Shown piece by piece: positions 7,989-18,388 of a DNA stretch of 64,000 nucleotides (positions are counted from its first letter, which is position 1; every line of letters starts with the position of its first letter). This DNA is from Carpediemonas membranifera BICM (Eukaryota > Protista > Fornicata), in assembly GCA_019828565.1 (NCBI GenBank), contig JAHDYR010000001.1:372001-436000 (forward strand), read 5' to 3'. The notes below the pieces were generated by a model. It searched no databases, was not told the origin of the DNA, and saw only the letters and a program-made list of their open reading frames with translations. A program made the position numbers and the translations under genes.

Positions 7989-10541
7989 ATGAAAACTGCT
8001 CTCTGCCTCGTTGCTGTTCTCATTACTGCAGTGCTTTCAGAATATTTCACAACGTTTGAGGCATTTGACGCGGATTTGGATTCCTCTTTCGCCTCCTCTG
8101 TCTACATGACCGGCGACAAGCTCTATCTCGGTGCTCCTCGCCGAGACGATGCTCTTTCCAATGTTGGAGCAGTGTATGAGTATGTACTAGGATATGAACA
8201 ACCTCTTTCGACCGGTACCGTCATCACGCCGGTTGGTTCGACCGCCATAGCCAATGGATTCTTCGGTTCCTCCTTTGTTGGCCTCAAGAACGGCTTGGCG
8301 ATAAGCCATCCTGGCCTTGGAGACGGGTTTGTTCTCTATTATGATGATGAGGAGGGCACAGCGAAGAACTTTACTGGTGGTATGAACCCACTCGGTATTG
8401 CCGGCTTCGGCGCCTTCCTCGCTGCCTCTGATGATACCCTCGTGATCGGATCAAGCCCAGCCACCGACAAGGTAGTTGTCTGCCCCATGGATCCTGTCAC
8501 ATTCCAGCCCGCTGACACGTACCTCACTGTCACACTGCCTAGCGCCATCACAATATCATCCATCGCAATTTCAGACAGGTTCCTAGCCATAGCAGGCAGT
8601 AACACTGTCTACATGTACTCCCTCGACCGTACTGACGGCACTGTGAGCGGCACGACCCACCTCCACACCATCACGGGCCTTGGGTTGAGCATCAGCCTCG
8701 CTCTCAGCGATGAATACCTTGTGTACGGCGAGCCTTACCACTCTGGCGTCGCGCCTATGGCTGGCAAGATCTCCATCTCAGCCATTTCACCCTCTAGCAC
8801 GCTCGCGGACCCCCAGGTTATTCAGCACTACAACCCATACGCCAACTTCGGCAGCTCTGTCAGCATATACGATGACAGGGTCGCCGCAGGTTCTCCGAAT
8901 GCAACGGTGAGCTCCCAAGTAGCCGCGGGCACTGTCTATGTCTACAAAGAGACCACGACCTGGGGGATGGATCTCGAGATCTTCCCACCCTCACCCGTGA
9001 CCAACGGCAGAGTCGGTGACTTCGTCAGTATTACGTCCCGCGGCGTCCTGGCCGGCTCACCCACAGTTTCTTGGGGCACAGGCCTTGGCATGGTCTTCTC
9101 GCCGCAACCCAGCCCATCCTGCGACGCTGGGACCCACACCGACGGATGGACCAGCTGCGCCGACTGCGAGATAGGCACGGCCTCAGCGAAGAGCAATGCC
9201 CCTGCTTGTATGGTGTGCGATGCTGGACACTACCAGGATTCGACTGGGATGAATGCGTGTAGCAGCGCTGGCGTCGGTACTTATGTTCCCGACGACGACG
9301 TGCCTCATTCGACTGTCAAAAACTGCGGGGTGGGTACGTACAACAATGAGACAGCCGCCTCGGCATGCACAGCGGTGCCCGTTGGCTACGAGATCGTTGA
9401 CGGCCGCACAGCAATCCAGCCGTGCAGCGCAGGCAGCTACCAAGACACTACCGCCCAGGACAGCTGCAAGACCTGCGCCGCTGGCTATAGCACTGCCGAT
9501 GACGGCAAGCCTCACCTCCAATGTACCCGTTTTGTGCCACCCTCTATCTCTGTCGACACGCATACTTCTCCGGCTGCAGTGAGTGTGGATACAGGCGACT
9601 TGGCGACTTCAATCTCGACTGCAACTCTGGCTCTGCCGAATTCTGTCACTGCTTCTTGCAGTATCGTGGAAGATTCGATGGGTAATGATTATATCGTGCC
9701 GTTGATCCCGTTATCTGGTTCGACCGCAACAGTTGCCGCCGGAACTTACACCATGACCGTCACTCTTGCTGACTCTTCAACCGCCTCAATCAGTCTGACA
9801 TTTGATGAGACGCTATCGATTCCGAGACCAACCAACACACTCTCTGGCTCTACCCTCACTGGTACTGTCACTGCAGCTGCCTGCCCCGCGGCCATCATGT
9901 TCGGTTCGTACTCTTCTGCCCTGACTGCCGTGACTGTGTCCTCGTCGTCCGTGACTTGCAACTCGACGTTCACGCCCACTGCTGACCAGCTGGGCGATCA
10001 TTTGTCTCCTGCATCCACTGTCAGCGGTCGTACTCCAGATACGGCAAAGATTTGCGTATCTCTTGATTCTGTCAATATTGAGAGCACCGAGAGCTTCGCG
10101 ATGGTCATTGGCACGATCACTGCCACAAGTCTGACTACTTCCCTCGGCTCTCTCTGCGCCGACTTCTCGACCGTCTCGTCCAACGCCATCAGCACAGGTT
10201 CGACCAGTGCCGGCAAGCAGTACGCCTTGAGTGTGCTTTACAACGGCAACTCATGCCTCGACTCGACTGTCACAATCCCCCAAGTGACTGAGTCTGACAA
10301 TTCCGGTCTGATCGTCCAAGTCGTGCTCGCGGTGCTTGCCCTCCTTGTGGTAACAGCAGTCGCCCTAGTAGCCTGCTGTGTGGTCTGCGTCTTGCCCGTA
10401 ACTGGTCTGAGCGGTGTCGGTCTGGCCTTCCTCGGCTTCAAGAAGGGTAAGGATGGCGGACAGGACGACATGATCAACGGTAACGTCACCAGCAACCCCA
10501 TCCACGGGAACTACCTGCCTCAGGTGCCTGCATTCGTCTAA
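7989..10541 (+). CDS. Type I surface protein: signal peptide, FG-GAP (integrin-alpha-like) propeller repeats, Cys-rich GCC2/GCC3-type repeats, Ser/Thr-rich stalk, TM, short tail
   Basis: MKTALCLVAVLITAVLS signal; FASS..LYLGAP..GAVY and FGSSVS..VAAGSP..GTVYVY; CDAGTH/CDAGHYQ/CSAGSYQ repeats; hydrophobic C-terminal segment followed by KKGK. Confidence 0.85.
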   Translation: MKTALCLVAVLITAVLSEYFTTFEAFDADLDSSFASSVYMTGDKLYLGAPRRDDALSNVGAVYEYVLGYEQPLSTGTVITPVGSTAIANGFFGSSFVGLKNGLAISHPGLGDGFVLYYDDEEGTAKNFTGGMNPLGIAGFGAFLAASDDTLVIGSSPATDKVVVCPMDPVTFQPADTYLTVTLPSAITISSIAISDRFLAIAGSNTVYMYSLDRTDGTVSGTTHLHTITGLGLSISLALSDEYLVYGEPYHSGVAPMAGKISISAISPSSTLADPQVIQHYNPYANFGSSVSIYDDRVAAGSPNATVSSQVAAGTVYVYKETTTWGMDLEIFPPSPVTNGRVGDFVSITSRGVLAGSPTVSWGTGLGMVFSPQPSPSCDAGTHTDGWTSCADCEIGTASAKSNAPACMVCDAGHYQDSTGMNACSSAGVGTYVPDDDVPHSTVKNCGVGTYNNETAASACTAVPVGYEIVDGRTAIQPCSAGSYQDTTAQDSCKTCAAGYSTADDGKPHLQCTRFVPPSISVDTHTSPAAVSVDTGDLATSISTATLALPNSVTASCSIVEDSMGNDYIVPLIPLSGSTATVAAGTYTMTVTLADSSTASISLTFDETLSIPRPTNTLSGSTLTGTVTAAACPAAIMFGSYSSALTAVTVSSSSVTCNSTFTPTADQLGDHLSPASTVSGRTPDTAKICVSLDSVNIESTESFAMVIGTITATSLTTSLGSLCADFSTVSSNAISTGSTSAGKQYALSVLYNGNSCLDSTVTIPQVTESDNSGLIVQVVLAVLALLVVTAVALVACCVVCVLPVTGLSGVGLAFLGFKKGKDGGQDDMINGNVTSNPIHGNYLPQVPAFV

Positions 10542-10903
10542 GCACGCATTAGAACTTGTAAAACAGCTTATATAGTGGTGTTGAGTCTTTCGAATGTGCA
10601 GTTTAAAGTCAAACGAAAATTTATTTTTGGCACGAGGTCCAGAAATAATTATCGCTATGCGTGCTCTCTATGGGCCATATCATCTGTATAGACTGCTCAA
10701 CCATGGTGATGAGGGCTGGATTACCTGCGTGGACTTCATGGCGATAGAGGCGTCTCGGATCTCCACAAATCAGTTATTTCTGGGGAATTTTGTGCACAGC
10801 ACCATGAGCAGGATGGTGTGGCCGAACTGTTACGGCAGGCACAGGGTGGTGACAAAAATAGTCGCCGTTTTCGTCGCCAAAAGTGCACAACAACAAACAT
10901 CCA

Positions 10904-13372
10904 ATGGAGGACGAACGAGAGAAGCTTGAGACCTCTGGTAGCGTCAGCGAGATCGAACTCGAAGCAGATACTCCCAAGGCAGCCGCCAAGATGACGAAGA
11001 TGAAGAGCGCATCGTCACTCCCCGTGGTTCCCGACAAATTCCGCGTCCACAGCGAGGGAGGCCGCTATGTGAACAAATGGAACCCTTCTCCTACACCGAT
11101 CCTCATGGACTACTTGAAGAAGTCCATCCCTTACCGCGTTTTCCACCGCAAACCCGAACTTGGGCTCCCCGTCACCGCACGCACGCTCAACTTCAAGGCC
11201 AACCTCATGGTGCGCCAGTACGAGCATGAGCAGGTTGAATCCGCAGTATTTTTCTTCGACGACAGCTTGACGGCGACCTGGCTGGGGCATTCATCCTGTT
11301 ACTTCCAAGTACACGGCACGGCCTTCCTCGTCGATCCCGTCATCAAGAAGCGCATCGGCAAGGTATTCAAGGCCACTCGCGAGGCTGGCACCGCCCTCCG
11401 CGACGGCTGGGCCTCGCTGCCACATGTCGATTACGTCCTTTTGTCCCATGCTCACGCCGACCACTTTGACCCGAGAGCAGTTCAGGAAATCGACAAGCTC
11501 TTCCACCCCGTGTTCATTGTCCCTGATCAGATGGCCACCACGCTCCACGGCCTCGGGATCGACAAGGACCGTGTCTTTCAGCTGAAGCTATGGGCGACTC
11601 ACACAAGCACGCTCGACTCCCGCAAGACCGACGTCTCTGTCCAGCTGATCCCCACCCAGTCCTACCACAACGCCGGTGCCTTTAAGGAAAACACGGTTCT
11701 ATGGGGCGGTTTCGTCGTCCGGGCTGAGAAGGGTGGCACGGCACACTCAGTCATCGTCATTGGCCCCAGCGGGTACAACCCCGACTGGGCAGAGACCATC
11801 GCCAAGCTAGGCCCCTTCGACCTCGCATTTATCGGCATCGGCGGGTCGGCCCCAGCCTATCTCCAGCAACACCATATGGACCCAGCCGACGCCGTCCAGC
11901 TCCACATGCAGCTCGCCCCCACAGAGTCAATCGCGACTCACTGGGGAACGTACAACTCAAAGACGGCGTACGAGGGCCTGCTCGATCCCATGCTCCTCCT
12001 CCAGGCTGCCGCTGAGGAGGCCCAGGTGGGCAACTTCCTGACGCCTGTTATTGGTGAGATCGTCAACCCACTCCGGGATGTCAACTTTGATTATCTCAAT
12101 CAGATTACTGCTGCCACGACATCTGCTGTCCACGAGATTCTCCAGAACGAGATCACGATGCCGAATCTGATCATGTCTGGCCAGCCGGTCGACATCCATC
12201 GCCTACACGCGGTCTGTCACCGTTTCGCGTTCCAGTTCACGAACGAGCTCATTGGCACGCTTTCAACAGCCCAAGACGTCTCTGGAAATGCCGACGACCT
12301 CACTCTGAACGCTGTGGAAGCTGTGGTGAAGCTTGCTGCTGCCGTTGCTCGTACTGTGGTTAGCAACTTCATCGCTGACAACAACATCACGAAGACCACC
12401 CGAGGCGACATCCTCACCACCCTCACGGAGATGCCGCTCGACGACCTCTTCCGACTCTGCCATTCTGCCCTCGAGATGATGACAACGATGGACGTGTGCG
12501 ACATCCCCGACCAGACCCAGCTCTACTGGCCCGACGACGACGACGAGAGCAGGAAGCTGTTCATTGACGCCAAGGATGACCCATTCACGGCCATCGTACG
12601 CGGCCTCAACAGTGAGAGGGGCCGCAAACTCATGCCGACTGGGACGCTTTTCTTTATAAGCCCCTCATCCCTTGGACCCCTGCTTGCGCCCATCTTTGGG
12701 CCTGTAGAAAGACTCGACCCCCGCTTCACTGCTTGCGGTATGATCATCAGAGGTCTGCAGACAGTCCAGATCGGCGAGGAGAATCTCGACCTTCCCTTGC
12801 TCTGGATGTCCAGACACCCCACCCCAACCGCCGCCACCTGGGTCCCGGAAGGCGTCAATCCGGCCGACTGGTTCGCTGGGACGACCCCGCCGATGTCTAG
12901 AGCCGGCCCCGACCTGCATTCCCTGCCTGCGGTCATGCTTTACGAGCTCGGCAGGCCGCAGAGTCGATTTGCAGTCAGGCCCCCGAACATCGCCCTGACC
13001 GAGACGGAGACGGCGAAGCTGAAGGAGTATATCATCAATGCGCGACAGGAGATGCGCACGCTCTTTGCCTACAACACGCACGTCGCAGAGGTCTTCCCCG
13101 GCGCCAATCACCTCCGCAACTTCGCCCTCCTCCAGCCCCTGCTTGAGGCCCAGTTCGAGGAGGACCTATTCTCTGGTGCTCTCATCGGCAAGACATATCA
13201 GCAAATCGGCCTGCTCGATCCCCGTCTTGAGGCAGGCGAGATGTCTATCGACGACTTCAGTCTGCTCAACTGTGGACCCTATCAGCCGTACGGTCTCTCC
13301 AGGCACGGCGCCGCGAACTACTCACCCCTGCTTGACCCAGTGGAGCTCGAGATTTCGGTGGAGTTCGACTAA
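10904..13372 (+). CDS. NAPE-PLD-like metallo-beta-lactamase fused to a helical linker and a degenerate permuted papain-like (NlpC/P60) domain
   Basis: TWLGHSS, FLVDP, LLSHAHADHFD, LWGGFVV, HMDPADAV, ATHWGT; C-terminal PTGTLFF...FTACGMII...LWMS...LFSGALIGKTYQQIGLL. Confidence 0.75.
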   Translation: MEDEREKLETSGSVSEIELEADTPKAAAKMTKMKSASSLPVVPDKFRVHSEGGRYVNKWNPSPTPILMDYLKKSIPYRVFHRKPELGLPVTARTLNFKANLMVRQYEHEQVESAVFFFDDSLTATWLGHSSCYFQVHGTAFLVDPVIKKRIGKVFKATREAGTALRDGWASLPHVDYVLLSHAHADHFDPRAVQEIDKLFHPVFIVPDQMATTLHGLGIDKDRVFQLKLWATHTSTLDSRKTDVSVQLIPTQSYHNAGAFKENTVLWGGFVVRAEKGGTAHSVIVIGPSGYNPDWAETIAKLGPFDLAFIGIGGSAPAYLQQHHMDPADAVQLHMQLAPTESIATHWGTYNSKTAYEGLLDPMLLLQAAAEEAQVGNFLTPVIGEIVNPLRDVNFDYLNQITAATTSAVHEILQNEITMPNLIMSGQPVDIHRLHAVCHRFAFQFTNELIGTLSTAQDVSGNADDLTLNAVEAVVKLAAAVARTVVSNFIADNNITKTTRGDILTTLTEMPLDDLFRLCHSALEMMTTMDVCDIPDQTQLYWPDDDDESRKLFIDAKDDPFTAIVRGLNSERGRKLMPTGTLFFISPSSLGPLLAPIFGPVERLDPRFTACGMIIRGLQTVQIGEENLDLPLLWMSRHPTPTAATWVPEGVNPADWFAGTTPPMSRAGPDLHSLPAVMLYELGRPQSRFAVRPPNIALTETETAKLKEYIINARQEMRTLFAYNTHVAEVFPGANHLRNFALLQPLLEAQFEEDLFSGALIGKTYQQIGLLDPRLEAGEMSIDDFSLLNCGPYQPYGLSRHGAANYSPLLDPVELEISVEFD

Positions 13373-13670
13373 GACTGTCTCTTGTGTAAATATGTTGATC
13401 AACGATGATGTGAATGCCGCACGTGGTCATACGAGAGCATGCCAGCAATAGAGGGGACATTCCGTCCAGCAAAGGACTGGCATGTGGCACGCAGCCATAC
13501 GGGGGCAATAGCCAGTCTCTATCCACTGATATACGTGGCCGGCATTTACTATAACGGTGCACATAACTCTTCACACTCCACCGAGCACGTCGAGTGCCTC
13601 AAGTCTCCGGACGGTGTCCGACGTCTCATACAGTATGCGCTTCTCCGTGTATCTATGCCTCTTCTGCACC

Positions 13671-14099
13671 TTAACTGTGTGAGTTCTTCTGGGCTTGATC
13701 CAAACATGTGTATTCCTTGCCGCCCGACTCTGGCGACACAGCCCAGCGGATCTTCATGGGCTGCTGGCCAACACTCTTGCGCTTGCCGAGGCCGTCTCTG
13801 GAGCGGCGCCTGACTTTCGTTGGGGGCATCAGGTTCTTGGCCAGAAAGCGTTCGTCGCGAGATCGATGCACCTCATCGGCTTCAGGCATACTGTCATATC
13901 CTTCTAATTCCTGCGGATTAACGGATTCTTCGTCAAGCATTGCTTGCGTATACCTCTGGAGGAAGCTTTCTACCTTCTTTGTGGGCGAGCGGGCTGTGCC
14001 GTCTTCATCTTCCGAAGACGACTCCTCCGCAATACTTATGTCGTTTGGCCTCAATGTTTCTTCTTCATTTGGCGTGCTTGATTCCAAATCAACCACCAT
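13671..14099 (-). CDS. Small acidic hypothetical protein
   Basis: 142-aa ATG-initiated ORF with protein-like E/D/S composition, divergent from the polymerase gene. Confidence 0.55.
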   Translation of the reverse strand: MVVDLESSTPNEEETLRPNDISIAEESSSEDEDGTARSPTKKVESFLQRYTQAMLDEESVNPQELEGYDSMPEADEVHRSRDERFLAKNLMPPTKVRRRSRDGLGKRKSVGQQPMKIRWAVSPESGGKEYTCLDQAQKNSHS

Positions 14100-14430
14100 C
14101 CCTTCAATCGCTACCAGAGATCGCCGAAGTTCACAACTTGGCCGACTCGGAATGAAATCATCGCAATATTATCCGATAGGGTGGGCGGAAAGGGTTGAGT
14201 TGATGCGCATTTCCCGTCCTGACACGCGTTTCTGCATTTTTCTTGGTCCCAGATTTGAGAAACGAAGCCGTAACCGATCTGAGCAAGTTCCAGCATTCCA
14301 CGGCCATAATTCCCGCTCTGTATCGCAGCTTCTGCGCGACGCGACATGCTTATCAGCTGGAAGCGAGAAAATGTAATGTCAGTTTTGGCCAGAGTTCGAC
14401 GCCGGAGCGGTCTTCAAAGCGAATTGCTGA

Positions 14431-16176
14431 ATGTCCAGCGCATATCAGGCCTGGACTGTGTATGATAGACGGACGAATAAGAACTCGACGGCAGAACAGC
14501 GAATGAGCATGCAGAACCGGTTGAACGCAGCGACGTATGATGCTAGAGCCTTTCTGACGTCATATTTCGAGCCAAGAAGCCGCCAGCATACTACACCAGT
14601 CGTTGAAGAAGCGCCTGCTACCTTTCCGCCCATCTCCACCGCTGTTCTGCCCGATGGTCTCCTCGTCCTCGATCTCTCCACCTCAAAACCAGGCAAGCGC
14701 AAGGCCCAAGCCCTCGCAGCTCCGTCGGCCACCCCACTGTGCCTCACCTCATCCGGATCCTTCGCTGTCGACACCATTGTCCCCCTGCTCACCAGAGCCG
14801 TGATTGTCCCAGACACGCAGGCCGTCCTCGCCGAATACAGCATAGCTACAACGCCCAGAAGATGGGTAGACCCCCTGCTGGCACACTGGATGCTCAACCC
14901 AGATGAAGGCGACATTAGCATCAATCAATTGATTAGCACCGGTTCGTATGAGGACTACACCAACCTCTGGGCAACTCTCAGCAAGTGCCTCGTCGATTAC
15001 GGACTCCAACGAAGGTTTCTATCCATCGAGATGCGTCTGGCCGCTGTCTGCGCTGACCTATCTCGCCCTATTCACCTCTCTCAGGGCGCCCTGAATGCTC
15101 ACAACGTCGCACTCACCGCTCAAATGAACCAATCAATTGAAGACTTCAAAATGAGTCACCCCGCCGCTATCCACGTCAATGTAGCCTCCCCTCAGCAGGT
15201 ATCGGCCCTACTTTACGGAACAATGGGTCTACCTCGACCGCAAGGGGTTGGTCGGACAAACACTGGCACTGACATCAAGTCACTTAGCACACTAGCTGAG
15301 CACCCGATAGTCGGTCATATCATATCATATCGCAAGGCAGCCAAGCTTTTATCGACTTATGTGACTCCATTTATCGGCGTTGACTCTGTCGCGACCGTAT
15401 GGGGCCAAACCCACACGGGCACAGGCCGCATGCAGTGCAGGGGTGGCTACCCCTTGCTCCAGACCCCCGCCGGCATCCGAAACTGCATTGTCCCAGATCC
15501 CAATTCCGGCAAAGTGTGGGTCGGTGCAGATTATTGTCAGATCGAGTGCGTCGTCGCTGCTCACATGTCGGCTGACACGGAGCTGAGCGAGATGCTTGGG
15601 GCGAGTGATGTCCACCGCGCCGTGGCTGCCCGAGTGTTCTCAGTGCCCGAGGGCGTAGTGACCGACGTACAGCGGGCCATAGCCAAACGTGCAGTTTATG
15701 CCTCAATTTATGGGATGTCGGCTGAGTCTCTGGCCGAGTCTCTCGCTCAATCTGGAGTGAGTGTGGCCGACTGTCACTCTGCGGTTGTCAAGATATCGGA
15801 GATATTCAGCGGTCTCGCGAGATGGAAGGCTGAGCTCGAGCGGCTCCCGACTGTGCAGACCCTGTTCGGTCGACCGCGACACATATCGTCCAGGCACGCG
15901 ACACGAGCGGTTAATAGTGTGGTCCAAGGGACCGCTGGCGATCTTCTTCGCATGTCTGCCGTTCGAGTGCACGAGAAACTGCGGCAAACGGCCTCTGGCC
16001 GCCTTGTAATGCTCCTACACGATGAAATCATCGTAGAGTGTTCAGAGGCCGAAGTGGTGTCTGTCGCTGCTATTCTTCGGCAGGCGATGACTGAGGGGTT
16101 TCCCATTGACCGGCTGAGAGTCAGCTGCAAGCTGTACCGACGGTCTTGGGGCGAAATGGAGGAAATTAACATGTAA
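14431..16176 (+). CDS. Family-A DNA polymerase, Pol theta/Pol nu-like, without helicase domain
   Basis: DPLLAHWMLNP (theta/nu pseudo-exonuclease-like), TGTGRMQC..PLLQ, motif A GADYCQIE, motif B RAIAKRAVYASIYG, AVNSVVQGTAGDL, motif C LLHDEIIVE. Confidence 0.9.
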   Translation: MSSAYQAWTVYDRRTNKNSTAEQRMSMQNRLNAATYDARAFLTSYFEPRSRQHTTPVVEEAPATFPPISTAVLPDGLLVLDLSTSKPGKRKAQALAAPSATPLCLTSSGSFAVDTIVPLLTRAVIVPDTQAVLAEYSIATTPRRWVDPLLAHWMLNPDEGDISINQLISTGSYEDYTNLWATLSKCLVDYGLQRRFLSIEMRLAAVCADLSRPIHLSQGALNAHNVALTAQMNQSIEDFKMSHPAAIHVNVASPQQVSALLYGTMGLPRPQGVGRTNTGTDIKSLSTLAEHPIVGHIISYRKAAKLLSTYVTPFIGVDSVATVWGQTHTGTGRMQCRGGYPLLQTPAGIRNCIVPDPNSGKVWVGADYCQIECVVAAHMSADTELSEMLGASDVHRAVAARVFSVPEGVVTDVQRAIAKRAVYASIYGMSAESLAESLAQSGVSVADCHSAVVKISEIFSGLARWKAELERLPTVQTLFGRPRHISSRHATRAVNSVVQGTAGDLLRMSAVRVHEKLRQTASGRLVMLLHDEIIVECSEAEVVSVAAILRQAMTEGFPIDRLRVSCKLYRRSWGEMEEINM

Positions 16177-16284
16177 GTAAAGATTCTAAGATTGCGTGTC
16201 AGCTCAGATTCGCGGATAAACTTCGAATCTGCTATCGAATCTCGTTGACGAGATCAGACCTCAGAGCGAGGTTGGTGGAAATTC

Positions 16285-17772
16285 ATGAGCGACGCCATCT
16301 ACGACCTTGAAATTAGATACCTTGGAGAGATTGAGCGGCAAGGAGCCTACATGACCTCTCTTGGTCTTGGTTTCACCGCTGCATTCCTTCTTGTGCTCTT
16401 TCAGATCTGTTTGTGCGCCTTAACGCCATGCGGCTGCTGCTGTGCTAGTTCTCTGCTCGATGCTGTTCTTGAGAAGATCGGACAGAAGGCTGCCGTCGCC
16501 ACTGCGTCTCTTCAGACCGGAGCGCCCGCCATCGTCACTGCCTTCTCCAGTCCTCGGAAAATGAAGCACGACGGAGCCATAGCTGGTGCCACAGTGCTTG
16601 TCCTGGGCTGTATGTTCCTCATTGCGTGCTACTTCACCGTTTCCTATTCCATTGACAGCACAGCCAATTGCAATCTCACAAGAACAGGAGGTTCAGTTGA
16701 TGTAAGGGACAAATCTGTCGAGATCCCGATCACATTCACGCTAGAGATCAGCTACAACAGCGGAATCGGCTCCTCCAAGAAGGATGAGATCGATCGGGAC
16801 ATTGAGTCGACCGTTCGGGCTTGGGCTGGCGATAATCTCGACTATTTCGACAAATCAGCGCTCTCAGACTCGTTCGAATGGCGAGTGAACGGCCGCCACG
16901 TCCTTTACGAGACCGGTTTCCTCAAGTTCAACACGGAAAACATGACTGTCAATGCTTTCACAACGTATAGCCGCATCGTCCCATTTAGCCTCGGCGCTAA
17001 GGTCCTCAAGTACGTATTATTCCGTAAGTACACCCTTGTTGTACCCCAGTCGACCGTTACTGTCATTGAGCCCGCCGATGTCACCTTCACCATGCCTACT
17101 GCCGTCACTCTTGTGGTCGAGGACGATCTCGAGCTTGGATTGAACTTCAGCCCGTCTGTCATGGCCCTTAAGTTCATGAGGCCGGATCCTAATAGTATTT
17201 TCCAACTGAACACCACTTCCATCAATGGCACCTCTCTGATTACAGAAACCCCGGGCCAGTTCGGCATCAACTTCGCCGCGGACCAGATTGAGAGTGCTCT
17301 CATTCTCATGCAGTGCAAGTCCATCACGGAGCAGATAGGCGGGGCCGTTCAATCAATCATGATTCTTCTCGTTTCTTACCCAATCGTGAAGACCGTCATC
17401 GAGGTTCTCAGCTCACTCAAGGACATTGTCGTGCCTGGTGCGATCTTCTGCTTCAGCTTCTGTTGGATTCCCGTGACGATGGTCTGCACAGTGCTTCTCA
17501 TTCTCGACGCGCTCTACAGTTCAGATTTTATCGCCAAATACAAATACACGGCATCTGGGTACTACAAGATCGGCTTGGTCATTGTATGGATCGTTCTGAT
17601 CATGGCGGTCGTCATCGGGGTCGAGTCGATGGCCGCAACTCTCGTCTACGCCTTCGACTGGTCGTGGAAGGGCCTCAAGTTCACACGGAAGTCTCTGTCA
17701 GCCCCTAAAGATGAGGATGACGAGGAGGCAAGGTCGCCCAACCCCTTGGTGCAGCCGGCCGTGACTGTGTAA
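16285..17772 (+). CDS. Multi-pass membrane protein with a large extracellular/luminal loop
   Basis: Two N-terminal and about three C-terminal hydrophobic segments, Cys cluster, NxT sequons in the loop; TGTAAA overlaps the stop. Confidence 0.7.
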   Translation: MSDAIYDLEIRYLGEIERQGAYMTSLGLGFTAAFLLVLFQICLCALTPCGCCCASSLLDAVLEKIGQKAAVATASLQTGAPAIVTAFSSPRKMKHDGAIAGATVLVLGCMFLIACYFTVSYSIDSTANCNLTRTGGSVDVRDKSVEIPITFTLEISYNSGIGSSKKDEIDRDIESTVRAWAGDNLDYFDKSALSDSFEWRVNGRHVLYETGFLKFNTENMTVNAFTTYSRIVPFSLGAKVLKYVLFRKYTLVVPQSTVTVIEPADVTFTMPTAVTLVVEDDLELGLNFSPSVMALKFMRPDPNSIFQLNTTSINGTSLITETPGQFGINFAADQIESALILMQCKSITEQIGGAVQSIMILLVSYPIVKTVIEVLSSLKDIVVPGAIFCFSFCWIPVTMVCTVLLILDALYSSDFIAKYKYTASGYYKIGLVIVWIVLIMAVVIGVESMAATLVYAFDWSWKGLKFTRKSLSAPKDEDDEEARSPNPLVQPAVTV

Positions 17773-17876
17773 AATGGATTGATGAAGACGAAGGAAGGAT
17801 CTGTTGATTTGAACAGAATCTGGAATGGTCAAAGTACCTGTGAGATTCACACAACACATAGTCTTCAAAAACTGAC

Positions 17877-18005
17877 ATGGGACAGCTTCAATCACTGATT
17901 CATACTCTCGAGGATAAGCACACTGGAACGGATGTTTGTGCCTCCGCTGATAGAGGTGGAGAATCTTGGCCTCCGATATGCTGGAAGGATGAAGGGACGA
18001 TGTAG
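17877..18005 (+). CDS. Putative 42-aa N-myristoylated microprotein, copy 1
   Basis: MGQLQSLIHTLEDKHTGTDVCASADRGGESWPPICWKDEGTM*; AATAAA about 15 nt after the stop; resembles 18389-18532. Confidence 0.45.
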   Translation: MGQLQSLIHTLEDKHTGTDVCASADRGGESWPPICWKDEGTM

Positions 18006-18388
18006 GCGTCTAGAAGCGCAATAAAGACGTAGAAACGCTAACAATGGCAAGTTGAACACAAAACTACCGAGCTTTACTGATCACAACGGTTCATGCAATG
18101 AATGGCTCGAAAGCGGCGCGCAGATTCTCAAAGATTCTGCTGCTCACGCACCCAGAGCCAAGGAAACAGGTGCATGGGGCCGCTCCGCAGGATGACCTCT
18201 GTAACATGTGGCAACTCATTTCTCTCGTCGCACTCTCGCACTGGTCGTTCACTTCGAACTTCATGTCGAGCCGATCAATGGCGAACTCGTTGCCATACGA
18301 TGACAACGCTGGTCAGCGTGACTCGATATGAGAGAATCTTTGTGTGTCGGAGTCGAAGTATAAGTCAGGAACACACAAGAATTTCACG

